A stretch of 64,000 nt of DNA from Negativicutes bacterium (GTDB lineage: Bacteria; Bacillota; Negativicutes; UBA1444). Both the position numbers and the translations under genes were made by a program. Every line of letters starts with the position of its first letter. Position 1 is the first letter of the stretch. The notes below the pieces were generated by a model. That model saw only the letters and a program-made list of their open reading frames with translations, did not search any database and was not told where the DNA came from. Positions 1 through 11,659 of the stretch are shown here, one piece after another. The stretch covers positions 96,001-160,000 of the forward strand of contig CAXXIN010000019.1 in assembly GCA_963665275.2 (NCBI GenBank), written 5' to 3'.

Positions 1-1371
1 GGTGTAGGCGTAAGTGCGTTCATCGCCCATGACACCCACGCTTTTGAGAGCTGGAAGAACCGCGAATGACTGCCAGATTTTCCGGTAAAGCCCGGCCTTG
101 CGAATCTCGTCAAGCACTATGGCATCCGCTTCGCGCAGGATATTCAGACGTTCGATGGTAATTTCGCCGATGATGCGGATGGCTAGCCCCGGTCCCGGGA
201 ACGGCTGACGATGGACGATATCTTCCGAAAGTCCCAGCTCGGTGCCGAGCGCCCGCACCTCATCCTTGAACAGCTCCCGCAAGGGTTCTACCAGCGCAAA
301 CTTCATGTCCTCAGGCAATCCGCCCACATTGTGATGGCTTTTGATCACGGCTGCCGTAGAAGTGCCGCTCTCGATCACATCCGGGTAAAGCGTACCCTGC
401 ACCAGGAAATCCATGGCGCCGATTTTTTCCGCTTCCGCTTCAAACACACGGATGAATTCTTCGCCGATGATCTTGCGTTTGCTTTCCGGATCCGTTACGC
501 CGGCAACGCGGTTCATGAAGCGCTCGGTCGCATCGACATGAACCAGATGGATATGAAACTCATCGCGGAAAGTGCGCACCACCTGCTCGGCCTCGTTTTT
601 GCGCATGAAACCGTGATCCACGAACACGCAGGTCAGTTGGTCGCCGATGGCCCGATGCACCAGCACGGCAGCCACCGAGGAATCAACACCGCCCGACAGT
701 CCGCACAGAACCTTTTTATCGCCCACCTGCTCCCGGATTTTGGCCACGGCCGTATCGACAAACGACCCCATGTTCCAGTCGCCGCGACAGCAGCATATAT
801 TATACAGGAAATTCTTCAGCAAAGCGGTTCCTTCACGGGTATGAACCACTTCCGGATGGAACTGCACGCCATACAGGCGCCGTTCATTATCAGCCATCCC
901 TGCCGTCGGTGTGTTGGAAGTATTCGCGATCACGCCGAATCCGGCCGGCGGGCGGACGATCGAATCGCCATGGCTCATCCATACCGGTGTGGGAGAGGAA
1001 ATGCCCTCGAACAGCGCCGCATCCACATCGATATTCAAGTCGGCGTGTCCATATTCACGGGCTTCGGCTCTTGCGACCTCGCCGCCGAGCTGCAACGCCA
1101 TCAGCTGCATTCCATAGCAGATACCCAGTACCGGCACGCCCAACGAATATATCCCCGCGTCGCTGCGAGGCGCCTTATCCCCATAAACGCTGTTCGGTCC
1201 CCCGGAGAAAACGATCCCCTTCGGCTTTTTCGCAGCAATTTCCGCCAACGATGCATGGTAAGGGATGATTTCGCTGTAAACGCCGCATTCCCGGATCCGT
1301 CGGGCAATCAGCTGGCTATATTGCGCTCCAAAATCCACCACCAGAACCAATTCTTCATGTTTGCCTGTCAT
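1..1371 (-). CDS. guaA: GMP synthase (glutamine-hydrolysing), 3' end runs off the window
   Basis: Manual minus-strand translation [28 protein letters not shown]...; GGAGG upstream; later [11 protein letters not shown] motif. Absent from the ORF track because it is truncated. Confidence 0.95.
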   Translation of the reverse strand, partial: MTGKHEELVLVVDFGAQYSQLIARRIRECGVYSEIIPYHASLAEIAAKKPKGIVFSGGPNSVYGDKAPRSDAGIYSLGVPVLGICYGMQLMALQLGGEVARAEAREYGHADLNIDVDAALFEGISSPTPVWMSHGDSIVRPPAGFGVIANTSNTPTAGMADNERRLYGVQFHPEVVHTREGTALLKNFLYNICCCRGDWNMGSFVDTAVAKIREQVGDKKVLCGLSGGVDSSVAAVLVHRAIGDQLTCVFVDHGFMRKNEAEQVVRTFRDEFHIHLVHVDATERFMNRVAGVTDPESKRKIIGEEFIRVFEAEAEKIGAMDFLVQGTLYPDVIESGTSTAAVIKSHHNVGGLPEDMKFALVEPLRELFKDEVRALGTELGLSEDIVHRQPFPGPGLAIRIIGEITIERLNILREADAIVLDEIRKAGLYRKIWQSFAVLPALKSVGVMGDERTYAYT

Positions 1372-1447
1372 GCGTGACTCGATGCCTCCTGCCATGTTTT
1401 ATATTTGGTCAATTATAGCATATCTATCATTAAAATTCAGCGTCAGG

Positions 1448-2872
1448 TCATTCGACAATTCTTTTGAGTACCTTCAGTGCAAACTGTGCATACCAGCGTT
1501 TGCTGACATCGATCAACCAGTGATCAGTCGCCCGCTGAATCCCATAGCCCCAGCTGGGATAGACATGCGGCAGGGAGGACAGTGTCCCCAGCCCATCCCC
1601 GCAATTCTTGGCCACTACGATTTCATTGAGCAAATCGGCCGCTCCCGAGCCCAGGATGTGCGCGCCCAGAATCTTGCCGCCAGGCGTGGCGATCAGCTTG
1701 ATCATGCCGGCATCTTCCTGCTCAACAATCGCCCGGTCAATGAGCGAAAACGGCTGCCGATACACGCGATACGTAAGGTCCTGGGCATCTGCCTGCGCTT
1801 CCGTCAGCCCCAGATGCGCCAGCTCCGGATCGGTGAAAGTAGCCCAGGGAACCCCCGCATATTCAGGGGCCCGGTCAACCGGCAGCAGAATATTCTTCAG
1901 GATGGTGCGTGACTGAACTTCCGCGATGTGGGAAAAACGATGAAGGCCGTTGCAATCGCCGCTGGCCCAGATGTGGGGAACAGTAGTACGGAGATGCTCA
2001 TCAACTTCGATGGCTTTGGACGTGTAGGCCACACCGACAGAATTCAGACCGAGTCCTTCTATATTGGCCCGACGGCCGGCTGCCACCAACAGGGTTCCGA
2101 CCAGGGCAGACGAACTGTTTCCTGCTGTGTCGACCGCGATGATCCTTACCTGGTCGCCGACCTTCTCGACTTTTTTCACCCGATGACTCAGGTGGAAGCG
2201 GACACCCTCATGCCGCAGAATTTCTTCCAGCTGGTCGGCGAGTTCCGCGTCATCCTTCGGCAAGATATGGGGACCCGGGTGAAACAAAGTCACCTTGCTG
2301 CCCAGGCGTGAAAACGCCTGAGCCATCTCGATCCCAATCGGTCCTCCTCCAATGATTCCCAACGACTCGGGGATTGCTGCGAGATCGAATACCGTCCGAT
2401 TTGTTACAAAGGGGACTTCCTCCAGGCCAATTCCCGCTGGCACTGCCGGAGAAGATCCTGTGGCGATTACCACATCATCGCCCCAAAGGCTTTTGCCGTC
2501 CACCTCAATTTCGTTCGCCGAGACCAATCGAGGGGAACCGAAAAAAATCTCCACCCCCGCCGTCTGCAGCGTTTTTACAGTCTGGCTTCGGGCGGCCGTA
2601 AGCTCTGTGAGCTCGCGCACTTTCGCCAGCACTCCCTGAAGATCGGGAGCCGCGTCGAGTGTGATTCCCCACTTCGCGGCACGCCGAATCCTGTGGACTT
2701 CCTTGGCCGCCGCCAGCAAGGCTTTGGAGGGAACACAGCCAGTCCAGGAACATTCGCCGCCGATCCGGTTTTTTTCGATGAGCGCCACCTTCAGTCCCAT
2801 GCTGGACGCTCCCATGGCTGCGACGATTCCGGCTGCGCCACCGCCAATTACCACGATGCGATATTTTTCCAC
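1448..2872 (-). CDS. Pyridine nucleotide-disulfide oxidoreductase (dihydrolipoamide dehydrogenase/MerA-like family)
   Basis: GGGAAG FAD motif, GGECSWTGCVPSK redox disulfide, GGGPIG NAD motif, HVYPS near the C-terminus; no C-terminal CC pair or HMA domain, so not true MerA. Confidence 0.85.
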   Translation of the reverse strand: MEKYRIVVIGGGAAGIVAAMGASSMGLKVALIEKNRIGGECSWTGCVPSKALLAAAKEVHRIRRAAKWGITLDAAPDLQGVLAKVRELTELTAARSQTVKTLQTAGVEIFFGSPRLVSANEIEVDGKSLWGDDVVIATGSSPAVPAGIGLEEVPFVTNRTVFDLAAIPESLGIIGGGPIGIEMAQAFSRLGSKVTLFHPGPHILPKDDAELADQLEEILRHEGVRFHLSHRVKKVEKVGDQVRIIAVDTAGNSSSALVGTLLVAAGRRANIEGLGLNSVGVAYTSKAIEVDEHLRTTVPHIWASGDCNGLHRFSHIAEVQSRTILKNILLPVDRAPEYAGVPWATFTDPELAHLGLTEAQADAQDLTYRVYRQPFSLIDRAIVEQEDAGMIKLIATPGGKILGAHILGSGAADLLNEIVVAKNCGDGLGTLSSLPHVYPSWGYGIQRATDHWLIDVSKRWYAQFALKVLKRIVE

Positions 2873-2930
2873 GTGATTCGCCCCCTTTCACGTTCAGCTC
2901 TCTGATTCACAAGCAGGACGACTCTCCCTA

Positions 2931-3392
2931 TTATTGGGGCTGTTGCTCATACAGACTCTTGAGCCTCATATATCTTTTCCGATTAACTCCCAGATCCGAA
3001 TAGCCGACACGCGAGGCAGAACGATAATGAACCTGGTTGTCTTTTTCGCTGAAGAAAATCTCTACATCGTCCTTGAACGGGATGATGGGCACAGTAAACA
3101 CCACGTGCAGATAGTCCGGTTTCTCGGTCAGGATCTGTGCCCCGCCGAACTCAGCTACCGCCTGCTTTATGCGGGTTCTGGTTCGCTCCAGGCCGCCGGA
3201 AAACAGCAAGGGTTCCACCCGTTTCTCTGTCTGATCCGTCTGCGAAGAGACCGCATTGGGGGAGTCCGGCAGCGGCGCGAGAACGCCCTCCTTCACTCCG
3301 AGGTTCGTCGGTATGGCGTTATTTTTATGTGCAGCCAAAACGACGATCAGGATGATGATTCCTGCGGCAATGGCGGTCACAATCGTCTTCAT
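2931..3392 (-). CDS. DUF1499 family membrane-anchored protein
   Basis: N-terminal TM segment, LAPLPDSPNAVSSQ, F.DDVE, RSASRVGYSDLGVNRKR signature. Confidence 0.85.
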   Translation of the reverse strand: MKTIVTAIAAGIIILIVVLAAHKNNAIPTNLGVKEGVLAPLPDSPNAVSSQTDQTEKRVEPLLFSGGLERTRTRIKQAVAEFGGAQILTEKPDYLHVVFTVPIIPFKDDVEIFFSEKDNQVHYRSASRVGYSDLGVNRKRYMRLKSLYEQQPQ

Positions 3393-3450
3393 GCAGCCAC
3401 CCTCCCCCGATCACGTTATTTTCGCCTTCGCTTAGAGAAGTCTGGCCTAT

Positions 3451-4494
3451 TTACTTCACGAGAGGAATGAAATCGCCGTATCCCTGTTCCACCATTTGTG
3501 CAAGCGGTATGAATCGGAGCGAAGCGCTGTTCATGCAATACCGCAAGCCCCCCTTATCTGTAGGCCCGTCTTCAAACACATGCCCCAGGTGGCTTCCACC
3601 AACTCGGCTGCGCGCCTCCACCCGCTCCATGAACAGACTGTTATCCGTTTTGTTGACCACTGCGTCAGGCGAAATCGGCTTGGTGAAGCTCGGCCATCCG
3701 CTTCCGGAATCATATTTGTCCCTGGAGCTGAACAGCGGTTCGCCTGTAACCACGTCGACATACAGTCCTGGCTCGTGGTTGTCCCAATATTCGTTGTCAA
3801 AAGGGGCTTCCGTTCCGGATTTCTGGGTGACTTGATATTGCTTGTCCGTCAGTTTTTGCCTGATTTCCTCGGAACGGGGTTTCACATAGTTTCGCTCCGA
3901 CTTGGACGCCGCAACGGCATTGGCCTTCGCCAGCGGATCCTCATCCAGACTGGAGATATCGATGTGGCAATACCCGTCCGGATTCTTCACGAGGTATTTC
4001 TGGTGGTATTCTTCGGCCACGTAGTAGTTTCTGATGGGCGCGACTTCCGTAACAAGGTTCGTGGGATACTTCCGTTGTTCGTTGGACATCACCTGGTCGA
4101 TCACCGCCTTGTCGGCGGGATCTTTATAGTAGATGCCGCTGCGGTATTGCATCCCCCGGTCATTTCCCTGCCGATTCAGGGTCGTAGGATCGACCACTTT
4201 AAAGAAATAAGTCAGTAATGTAGCGAGGTCGATGCGCTGCGGATCATATTGCACGTAGACCGTTTCGGCGTGACCGGTATTGTTGTAGCAAACCTGCTCG
4301 TAGGTCGGATTCTCCGTATTGCCGTTGGCATAACCTACGTCAGCGTAAACGACGCCGTTCAGCTTGTCCAGATAAGCTTCCAGTCCCCAGAAACAGCCGC
4401 CTGCCAGCCAGATTTCGCGATGATTCGTATCGAGTGTCGGCTGCAACGGCCGATTGATTCTTTTTTCCTTATTGGTTGTGTTATTCGTGTCCAT
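3451..4494 (-). CDS. msrAB: Bifunctional peptide methionine sulfoxide reductase MsrA/MsrB
   Basis: AGGCFWG (MsrA) and GWPSF...HLGHVF...RYCMNS (MsrB); start placed at MDTNN after GAGG, alternative start 4521. Confidence 0.95.
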   Translation of the reverse strand: MDTNNTTNKEKRINRPLQPTLDTNHREIWLAGGCFWGLEAYLDKLNGVVYADVGYANGNTENPTYEQVCYNNTGHAETVYVQYDPQRIDLATLLTYFFKVVDPTTLNRQGNDRGMQYRSGIYYKDPADKAVIDQVMSNEQRKYPTNLVTEVAPIRNYYVAEEYHQKYLVKNPDGYCHIDISSLDEDPLAKANAVAASKSERNYVKPRSEEIRQKLTDKQYQVTQKSGTEAPFDNEYWDNHEPGLYVDVVTGEPLFSSRDKYDSGSGWPSFTKPISPDAVVNKTDNSLFMERVEARSRVGGSHLGHVFEDGPTDKGGLRYCMNSASLRFIPLAQMVEQGYGDFIPLVK

Positions 4495-4716
4495 GGTTAA
4501 CCTCTTTCCGCAGCCACTCATGACTGCAACTTACGCGATGTGAAGATATTTTTCATCGTGAATCATTTTTTGATTCCTCTTTAATTATATACCATTGATA
4601 ACCATTTGATAATTAATCTCTTTTGCCATTTATCAATCGAATTCTGGTCATATTTTACAACGCCTAATAAAAAAACCTCCGCCACAAATTCGGAAGTCTT
4701 TTCGCCAGAGCTATCC

Positions 4717-5685
4717 CTATCCTACTTTATCCGTCAGATTCCCCTGGCAACTGCTGCCGGAACCGGCAACACAGGCGTAACAATGGTTCCCTGTTGCGAT
4801 TCCCTGCCCTTCCAACTCCGCTGCATTGAGCTGATTGATATTCAAATCGTTAGCAATTGGCAAACCCAAAACCTGATTGAAATCACAGTCGAATACTCTG
4901 CCGCGCCAGTCGACGCTGATCAGGCTACGGCACATCACCGCATCAAGATTGCAGCGATTAAAACTGCTTGCGAGCAGCTCCTGATAATTCTCAAGCAATC
5001 CTTGTTTCGCCAACTGAGCCCGGAACCTCCCAATCGGCATGTTGGTGATCGTGAACAACGTATGGAACGAAATTCCGTATTCTTTACTCAAGTGCTCTTT
5101 ATAGTCGGCTTCCAACTCCGCCTGCGGGGCCGGCAGGAAATTTCCCAGGGGATTATATACCAGATGCAGCATCAAAGTTGAACTTTCCATGCCGTATCCG
5201 AGCAAATTCAGCTTTTTCAAGATGCGAATATTTCTCGGATGCACGCCTTTTCCCCGCTGCGCCTCGACATTCTCTTCAAGATAACAAGGCATCGAAGCCA
5301 CAACCTCAACGTTATGTCCGGCAAAAAGTTCAGGGTATGTTTCATATCCCGGTTCTTCCAGAATGGCCAGATTCGTCCGCAGCAGAATGCGCCTCACCGT
5401 TTCGATGCGGCGGAGCCGCTGGATGAACTCCGGCAGATCGGGATTCATCTCGGGAGCCCCGCCCGTAATGTCGACTTCTTTCACCTTCGAACGGGCAATA
5501 AAAGCCAGCAGGTCTTCCATGACGGGCCACCCCATCATCTCTTGCCTGTCAGGTCCTGCTTCCACATGACAATGGCTGCATTTCAGATTGCAGCGATACC
5601 CCACATTGATTTGCAGACATTGCAGCGCCGCTCCCCGCACGAGACAGGTCTCTTCAGATGCGATACGTTCCCGAAAATTCAACAA
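4717..5685 (-). CDS. arsS: Radical SAM protein, ArsS / rSAM-selenodomain family (DUF3641 C-terminus)
   Basis: CNLKCSHC rSAM motif, DITGGAPEMNP, ITNMPIGRF, DCDFNQ, C-terminal HCYACVAGSGSSCQG. Confidence 0.85.
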   Translation of the reverse strand: MLNFRERIASEETCLVRGAALQCLQINVGYRCNLKCSHCHVEAGPDRQEMMGWPVMEDLLAFIARSKVKEVDITGGAPEMNPDLPEFIQRLRRIETVRRILLRTNLAILEEPGYETYPELFAGHNVEVVASMPCYLEENVEAQRGKGVHPRNIRILKKLNLLGYGMESSTLMLHLVYNPLGNFLPAPQAELEADYKEHLSKEYGISFHTLFTITNMPIGRFRAQLAKQGLLENYQELLASSFNRCNLDAVMCRSLISVDWRGRVFDCDFNQVLGLPIANDLNINQLNAAELEGQGIATGNHCYACVAGSGSSCQGNLTDKVG

Positions 5686-5697
5686 TGCGGTTTCTCC

Positions 5698-5985
5698 TCA
5701 ATCTTTGACAACCCTGACGTTTTTCCAGAAAGCGATATGCCCCCGGATCATAGCGGCCTCGGTTGATGGCTCCGGATAATACCACGCGGCATTCGGATCG
5801 GTCTCGTCATCGACCGCTACATGATAATAGCTTGCAGTCCCTTTCCAGGGGCATACGGTATGATGATCGCTCGGTTTCAGATATTCCATTTTCACATCCT
5901 GCTCCGGGAAGTACTGATTTCCTTCCACCTCAACCGGATGGTCAGTCTCAGCAATCAGTGTGTTTTTGAAATAGGCCTTTGCCAA
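5698..5985 (-). CDS. DUF427 family protein
   Basis: VEGNQYFP, TVCPWKGTASYY, AAWYYPEP, IAFWK motifs. Confidence 0.9.
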   Translation of the reverse strand: MAKAYFKNTLIAETDHPVEVEGNQYFPEQDVKMEYLKPSDHHTVCPWKGTASYYHVAVDDETDPNAAWYYPEPSTEAAMIRGHIAFWKNVRVVKD

Positions 5986-6013
5986 AGCAATCCCTTCTTT
6001 CTTTTCTGTGTTT

Positions 6014-6292
6014 TTATTTTCCGCCCGTCACCGTGCAGAAATATTTTTTGTCGAGGCCATACTCAGCTGTCAGCACACACTTGCCGCAGACACAGCCTTT
6101 TTCTTCCTCGATGCAACGGCTCTTTTCATACGCGCAATACATTCCCTCGAGGTTGTCTGTCTTGTCAATTCCTTTGATGAGGTCCATAACATTCGAAGGC
6201 ATCGATTTGATCTTGCAGGCAAAAGTATAGCTGGGACAGCTCATACAGATGCACTTGTGCATGTTTTTCATGGTTTTCGGCACTTTTTCCAC
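6014..6292 (-). CDS. Small Cys-rich DUF2769-like protein
   Basis: CICMSCPSY...YC...SRCI...GCVCGKC...YFC pattern; GTG start after AGGAGG. Confidence 0.75.
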   Translation of the reverse strand: MEKVPKTMKNMHKCICMSCPSYTFACKIKSMPSNVMDLIKGIDKTDNLEGMYCAYEKSRCIEEEKGCVCGKCVLTAEYGLDKKYFCTVTGGK

Positions 6293-6320
6293 GATAACCC
6301 TCCTCATTTTCAGCCCGTTA

Positions 6321-6944
6321 TCAACGGGTGTTTTGATAGCGAATCCAGTCCTCATAGGTATCGATGTCATTTTTCAGCGGTAAATATTCAAGGAAGAATT
6401 GATAAACCCGACACCATTTTTCCAGTTCAGCGAGTACTGCTGGCGTTGACCACGGAATCGGTCGACGGAGCAGTTCGGACGCTCTTGACACATATTTTCC
6501 AGCGACTCCGAGCAGATAAAAACCACCGTCTTCACTCGGGCCGATCACTGCCGGACCTCTTGCAAGCATTTCGAAAGCTTCCACGATATCAGAGTAATTC
6601 AGCGATGGAATATCCGATCCGATCAGCACGATTTTTTCGCTGCCGTGGTTCGAGGCGTCGAGAAACGCGTTCGCCATGCGTTCTCCGATGTCTTTGCCTT
6701 TTTGCAGCTTGGTTTTTAGTCCGCGTCTGAAGAAATAATCCGCATCGGACTCCGGCGTGATAAACAAGAGCCGCTCCCACAGGTTTTCCGGCGCGCTCTC
6801 CCGCAGAATTCGATCCAGCATTTCCTCGTAAATCTCGGCGGCTTTATCAGGGCCGACCTCTTGCGCGATCCGCGTCTTGACCTGGCCGGGCTCAGGGCTT
6901 TTCGCAAAGATCAGCAGACTGCGGCGCTCGCTTGTTTCGTTCAC
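6321..6944 (-). CDS. TIGR04282 / DUF2064 family glycosyltransferase-like protein
   Basis: FAKSPEPGQVKTRI, Q.G.DIGERM, IGSDIP, GPSEDGGFYLLG, DIDTYED. Confidence 0.88.
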   Translation of the reverse strand: MNETSERRSLLIFAKSPEPGQVKTRIAQEVGPDKAAEIYEEMLDRILRESAPENLWERLLFITPESDADYFFRRGLKTKLQKGKDIGERMANAFLDASNHGSEKIVLIGSDIPSLNYSDIVEAFEMLARGPAVIGPSEDGGFYLLGVAGKYVSRASELLRRPIPWSTPAVLAELEKWCRVYQFFLEYLPLKNDIDTYEDWIRYQNTR

Positions 6945-7630
6945 TCCGGGCCTTTTCTTTCCAGCCGATAATAGCCGGCTTTTATTTTTTCCGCCGGGAC
7001 CCCCAGACGATAGGCCGTATAAGCCCAGACTGTTCGGTAAACGGCTTGCAGTTTCGTCTCGTGGACATATTTGCGAGCGCTGGTCGCCACAACTTCCGGC
7101 AATATCACGATCTTCCCCGCCCGCCGCATTGCCGTAGCCAATGCCGCATCTTCCATGATTGCTGTTTCAGGAAACCGTCCCAGTGCCGCAAAATCGCCGG
7201 CCCGAATGAACATGCCGCGGTCGCCGAATATCATGCGGGTCATTCTGCAAAACAGATTGGCGCCGATAGCCAAACCTGTGTAGAAAAAAGCAGAGGGGAA
7301 AAACTCTAACGAAAAGCCGCCGCCGATCACAGCCGGATCCCTCATCGCCGAAATCATGGCGTCGATTCCCCCCGGCGGCACCCGGCTGTCCGCATGGAAA
7401 AACAGGAGCAAGTCACCCTTCGCCAACGCCGCGCCTGCGTTCATCTGTATGCCGCGATTGGCGCAACCGATACGAATCACTTTCACGCCATAAGACTCGG
7501 CCAGCCCCACCGTATTATCCGTACTGCCGCCATCGACTACGATCACTTCGCCGCAGACCTGGTTCAGGCTCTTCAGGCAATCGCCCAAGTACCCTTCTTC
7601 ATTTAACACAGGGATAATCACCGATACCAA
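6941..7630 (-). CDS. TIGR04283 family GT2 glycosyltransferase
   Basis: SVIIPVLNEE, VDGGSTD, FFHADS, FGDRGMF, IMED, TSARKY; TTG start 8 nt after GGAGG. Confidence 0.88.
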   Translation of the reverse strand: MVSVIIPVLNEEGYLGDCLKSLNQVCGEVIVVDGGSTDNTVGLAESYGVKVIRIGCANRGIQMNAGAALAKGDLLLFFHADSRVPPGGIDAMISAMRDPAVIGGGFSLEFFPSAFFYTGLAIGANLFCRMTRMIFGDRGMFIRAGDFAALGRFPETAIMEDAALATAMRRAGKIVILPEVVATSARKYVHETKLQAVYRTVWAYTAYRLGVPAEKIKAGYYRLERKGPE

Positions 7631-7703
7631 TAAAAGAACCTCCACCCTACCAGCGGGTTCCGTCACCGCCTTCGCAAGCACCGCCTCAATGTTTCATAAT
7701 TTC

Positions 7704-7732
7704 ATTATCCCCTGAAGCCCGATATCGGTCAA
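7704..7732 (-). promoter_or_regulatory. Sigma-A promoter of the glycosyltransferase/arsS operon
   Basis: TTGACC-N17-GATAAT on the minus strand. Confidence 0.6.
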
Positions 7733-7790
7733 GCCTATTTTCACAGAATATTCTCTTCATTGTGTATAACGTTTGTTCCCGGCGGATATG

Positions 7791-7823
7791 AAAAACCCCG
7801 GGCGGATTTCTCCGCCCGGGGTT
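7791..7823 (-). terminator. Intrinsic terminator after groEL
   Basis: AACCCCGGGCGGA-tttc-TCCGCCCGGGGTT hairpin followed by a T-run on the minus strand. Confidence 0.85.
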
Positions 7824-7840
7824 GGTTCGGTTGCCCGAAC

Positions 7841-9484
<1,644 letters not shown>

Positions 9485-9512
9485 TTACCTCCTCAAATCA
9501 ATTAGGGTTTGC

Positions 9513-9806
9513 TTATTCAACGATGGCGAGAATGTCACGCTCGTTGAGGATCATCAGTTCTTCGCCGTCCAGTTTGACTTCGGTTCCGGCGTATTTCGAA
9601 AAGATGACTTTTTGACCGGCTTGAACTTCCAGCGCCACCTTGGTTCCGTTATCCAGCATTTTTCCGGATCCAACGGCGATGACTCTGCCCTCTTGGGGTT
9701 TTTCTTTGGCGGTATCCGGCAGCACGATGCCGCTCTTGGTTTTTTCTTCCCGCTCGAGTGCTTTAATCAGGACGCGATCTCCCAACGGTTTAATTTTGTC
9801 AGACAT
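9513..9806 (-). CDS. groS: Co-chaperonin GroES
   Basis: [26 protein letters not shown]. Confidence 0.99.
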   Translation of the reverse strand: MSDKIKPLGDRVLIKALEREEKTKSGIVLPDTAKEKPQEGRVIAVGSGKMLDNGTKVALEVQAGQKVIFSKYAGTEVKLDGEELMILNERDILAIVE

Positions 9807-9845
9807 TGCGTTTTCCTCCCTTAGTGATGCTATTTTTTTGTTTTG

Positions 9846-9872
9846 TTAGCACTCACATCATTCGAGTGCTAA
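9846..9872. promoter_or_regulatory. CIRCE element (HrcA operator)
   Basis: Perfect TTAGCACTC-N9-GAGTGCTAA upstream of groES. Confidence 0.97.
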
Positions 9873-9882
9873 TTCCTATATC

Positions 9883-9911
9883 ATCTTAACCAATTTACCA
9901 AAAAAAATCAA
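9883..9911 (-). promoter_or_regulatory. Sigma-A promoter of groESL
   Basis: TTGATT-N17-TAAGAT directly upstream of CIRCE. Confidence 0.7.
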
Positions 9912-9947
9912 GGGCCTCCGCATAAAAAATTTCGGAAGCCCTTGATT
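9901..9947 (-). terminator. Intrinsic terminator after the DUF1405 gene
   Basis: AATCAAGGGCCTCCG...CGGAAGCCCTTGATT inverted repeat with a T-run on the minus strand; overlaps the groES -35 box. Confidence 0.7.
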
Positions 9948-9969
9948 ATAAACAGATACGCAGTAATTT

Positions 9970-10548
9970 TTATTTTCCTTCGCTCAGGATCCGTCGTCCC
10001 CAGAAATAGATGACCAGCGTCAGCCCAAGGCTCGCCCACATGGCAAATGAAAATTCAACCGTCGATGGCAAACGCGGGTAAACCATCCACAACCAGTCGG
10101 CGTAATCGTTCGCCAGGAACCAGGCCATCGCCGTCCCGTACATCAGCGGCATCATCGGCAGCTGCCGCCGGAACAGCAGCCCTTCCGCGAACAAGCCGAG
10201 ATGGCTCGCCACCAGCATCCAGTCCTGTCCATCCGGCTGACTGCCGGGGGACAAGATATACTGCCCGATCACGACCACTGTCCAGACGCCATATTTGAGC
10301 GACCCCAGAACTGCGATCCAGGAAACCACCGCCTTCCATCCCGGACGCCAGGCTTTTCCTTCGCGAACCCACCAGAGAAATGCCAGAAAGCACAACGACG
10401 TCAGCGGACAATCAGGGGTCAGCGGCCACAGATACCAAGGCGTCTGACTTAGTTGATCCTTGTACCAGAGGAATCCCCACAGGGCGCCTATGGCATTGAA
10501 TCCCGCCAACAGCGCCAGCACATCCCGCCGGAGCAAAAACTTCATCAT
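9970..10548 (-). CDS. DUF1405 (YpjA-like) membrane protein
   Basis: N.IG..WGF.WY..QL..TP, PDCP, KYG.W, SH, ND..D motifs. Confidence 0.8.
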   Translation of the reverse strand: MMKFLLRRDVLALLAGFNAIGALWGFLWYKDQLSQTPWYLWPLTPDCPLTSLCFLAFLWWVREGKAWRPGWKAVVSWIAVLGSLKYGVWTVVVIGQYILSPGSQPDGQDWMLVASHLGLFAEGLLFRRQLPMMPLMYGTAMAWFLANDYADWLWMVYPRLPSTVEFSFAMWASLGLTLVIYFWGRRILSEGK

Positions 10549-11042
10549 ACAGGTTCAGCCGCCGGACGAATCTCCCGCACCGGCACGCCGCCCCAGAAAG
10601 AATACGGTGGAATATCCCGGTTGACCAAGCTCATCGCGGATACCGTCGAACCTTCACCGATGATCACGCCAGGCAGGATCGTGCAATTCGCACCGATCGT
10701 GACATCCTTCTCGATGACCACGCGGCCGATACGCCATTCGCGCACCAGAAACTCATGGCCGAGAACCGTAGTATTGTAGCCAATCACCACATTGTCGCCG
10801 ATCTCGATCTGCTCCGGAAAAAACACATCCAGCATGACGCCCAGGCCCACTGACGCGTTCCGGCCGACTTTGACCCCAATCATGCGATACAGCATATTTT
10901 TAAATTGAAACGATGGCGAATATCGGGCGGTAAAAAGAACACAAAAATAGAAAACAACCTTGATTGGATGAATAATCTCAGGCCAGAATCTGAGTGAGTT
11001 CTTGCCTGTTACGAAATTCCTCTGCGTCCTGCGTGCTGCCAT
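10545..11042 (-). CDS. Hexapeptide-repeat acyltransferase (YvoF-like)
   Basis: D.FFPE.I.IGDN..IGYNTT.L.HE and left-handed beta-helix repeats; ATG after AAGGAG. Confidence 0.85.
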   Translation of the reverse strand: MAARRTQRNFVTGKNSLRFWPEIIHPIKVVFYFCVLFTARYSPSFQFKNMLYRMIGVKVGRNASVGLGVMLDVFFPEQIEIGDNVVIGYNTTVLGHEFLVREWRIGRVVIEKDVTIGANCTILPGVIIGEGSTVSAMSLVNRDIPPYSFWGGVPVREIRPAAEPV

Positions 11043-11060
11043 GCGCCACTCCTTGCCCAC

Positions 11061-11648
11061 TTAGCGTGTCTTCTTTTTAGCAGCGTCGATGATCGACTCC
11101 GCCACTTCACGAATCGATTTCCGCTTGGCCATGCTATATTGCTGAATCCGGCGGAAAGCCTCCTGTTCACTGAGACTGTAGGCGTCCATCAAAATCCCTT
11201 TTGCCCGGTCCAAAATCTTGCGTGTCTCCAGGGAGTTTCGCAGATCATGCAGTTCCTGTTCGATCTCCAGATATTCACGAAAACGGGACAGCGCGATTTC
11301 CATTGCCGGGAATAAGTTGCTTTCTTTCACCGGTTTGACCAAATAGGCCAAAACCCCGGAATCTTTAGCCTTCTCAACAATTTCTTTCTGGCTGTAAGCT
11401 GTCAGAAGCAACACCGGCGCCAATTTCTCGTTGGATATGATTTTTGCGGCGGCAATGCCATCCATCTCCGGCATTTTAATATCCATGATCACCAGGTCCG
11501 GCTTGAATTTACGGGTCATTTCGACGGCCTTGAGGCCGTCAGCCACTTCCGCGACAACTTCGTGCCCCGCTTCTTCCAGCAGCTCCTTGAGATCCATCCG
11601 GATGATTGACTCATTATCAGCAATCAAAATGCGTAAGCTATCCATCAT
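11061..11648 (-). CDS. ANTAR-domain response regulator (EutV/PdtaR-like)
   Basis: Receiver domain (MDIKMP, LTAYS, KP) plus ANTAR RK.LDRAKGILM...SEQEAF..IQ..SM. Confidence 0.93.
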   Translation of the reverse strand: MMDSLRILIADNESIIRMDLKELLEEAGHEVVAEVADGLKAVEMTRKFKPDLVIMDIKMPEMDGIAAAKIISNEKLAPVLLLTAYSQKEIVEKAKDSGVLAYLVKPVKESNLFPAMEIALSRFREYLEIEQELHDLRNSLETRKILDRAKGILMDAYSLSEQEAFRRIQQYSMAKRKSIREVAESIIDAAKKKTR

Positions 11649-11659
11649 CGTTCTCCCTT

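Noticed and set aside
211-1377. 388-aa plus-strand ORF and similar long antisense ORFs (7760-9463, 50294-51415, 51705-52922, 53001-54323)
   Set aside because: Shadow frames opposite conserved genes (guaA, groEL, smsB, secA); no recognisable motifs.
1448-2872. Mercuric reductase call
   Set aside because: No C-terminal Cys-Cys pair, no HMA domain and no mer genes nearby.
4535-4635. Rex- or Fur/PerR-like boxes upstream of msrAB
   Set aside because: Only half-site matches in AT-rich DNA.
4717-4790. Selenocysteine in ArsS
   Set aside because: The candidate codon is TGC and the frame has no internal TGA.
7767-7778. LexA-like GAACAAACGTTA upstream of the arsS operon
   Set aside because: One half-site mismatches and it lies about 35 bp upstream of the -35 box, next to a terminator; too weak to call.
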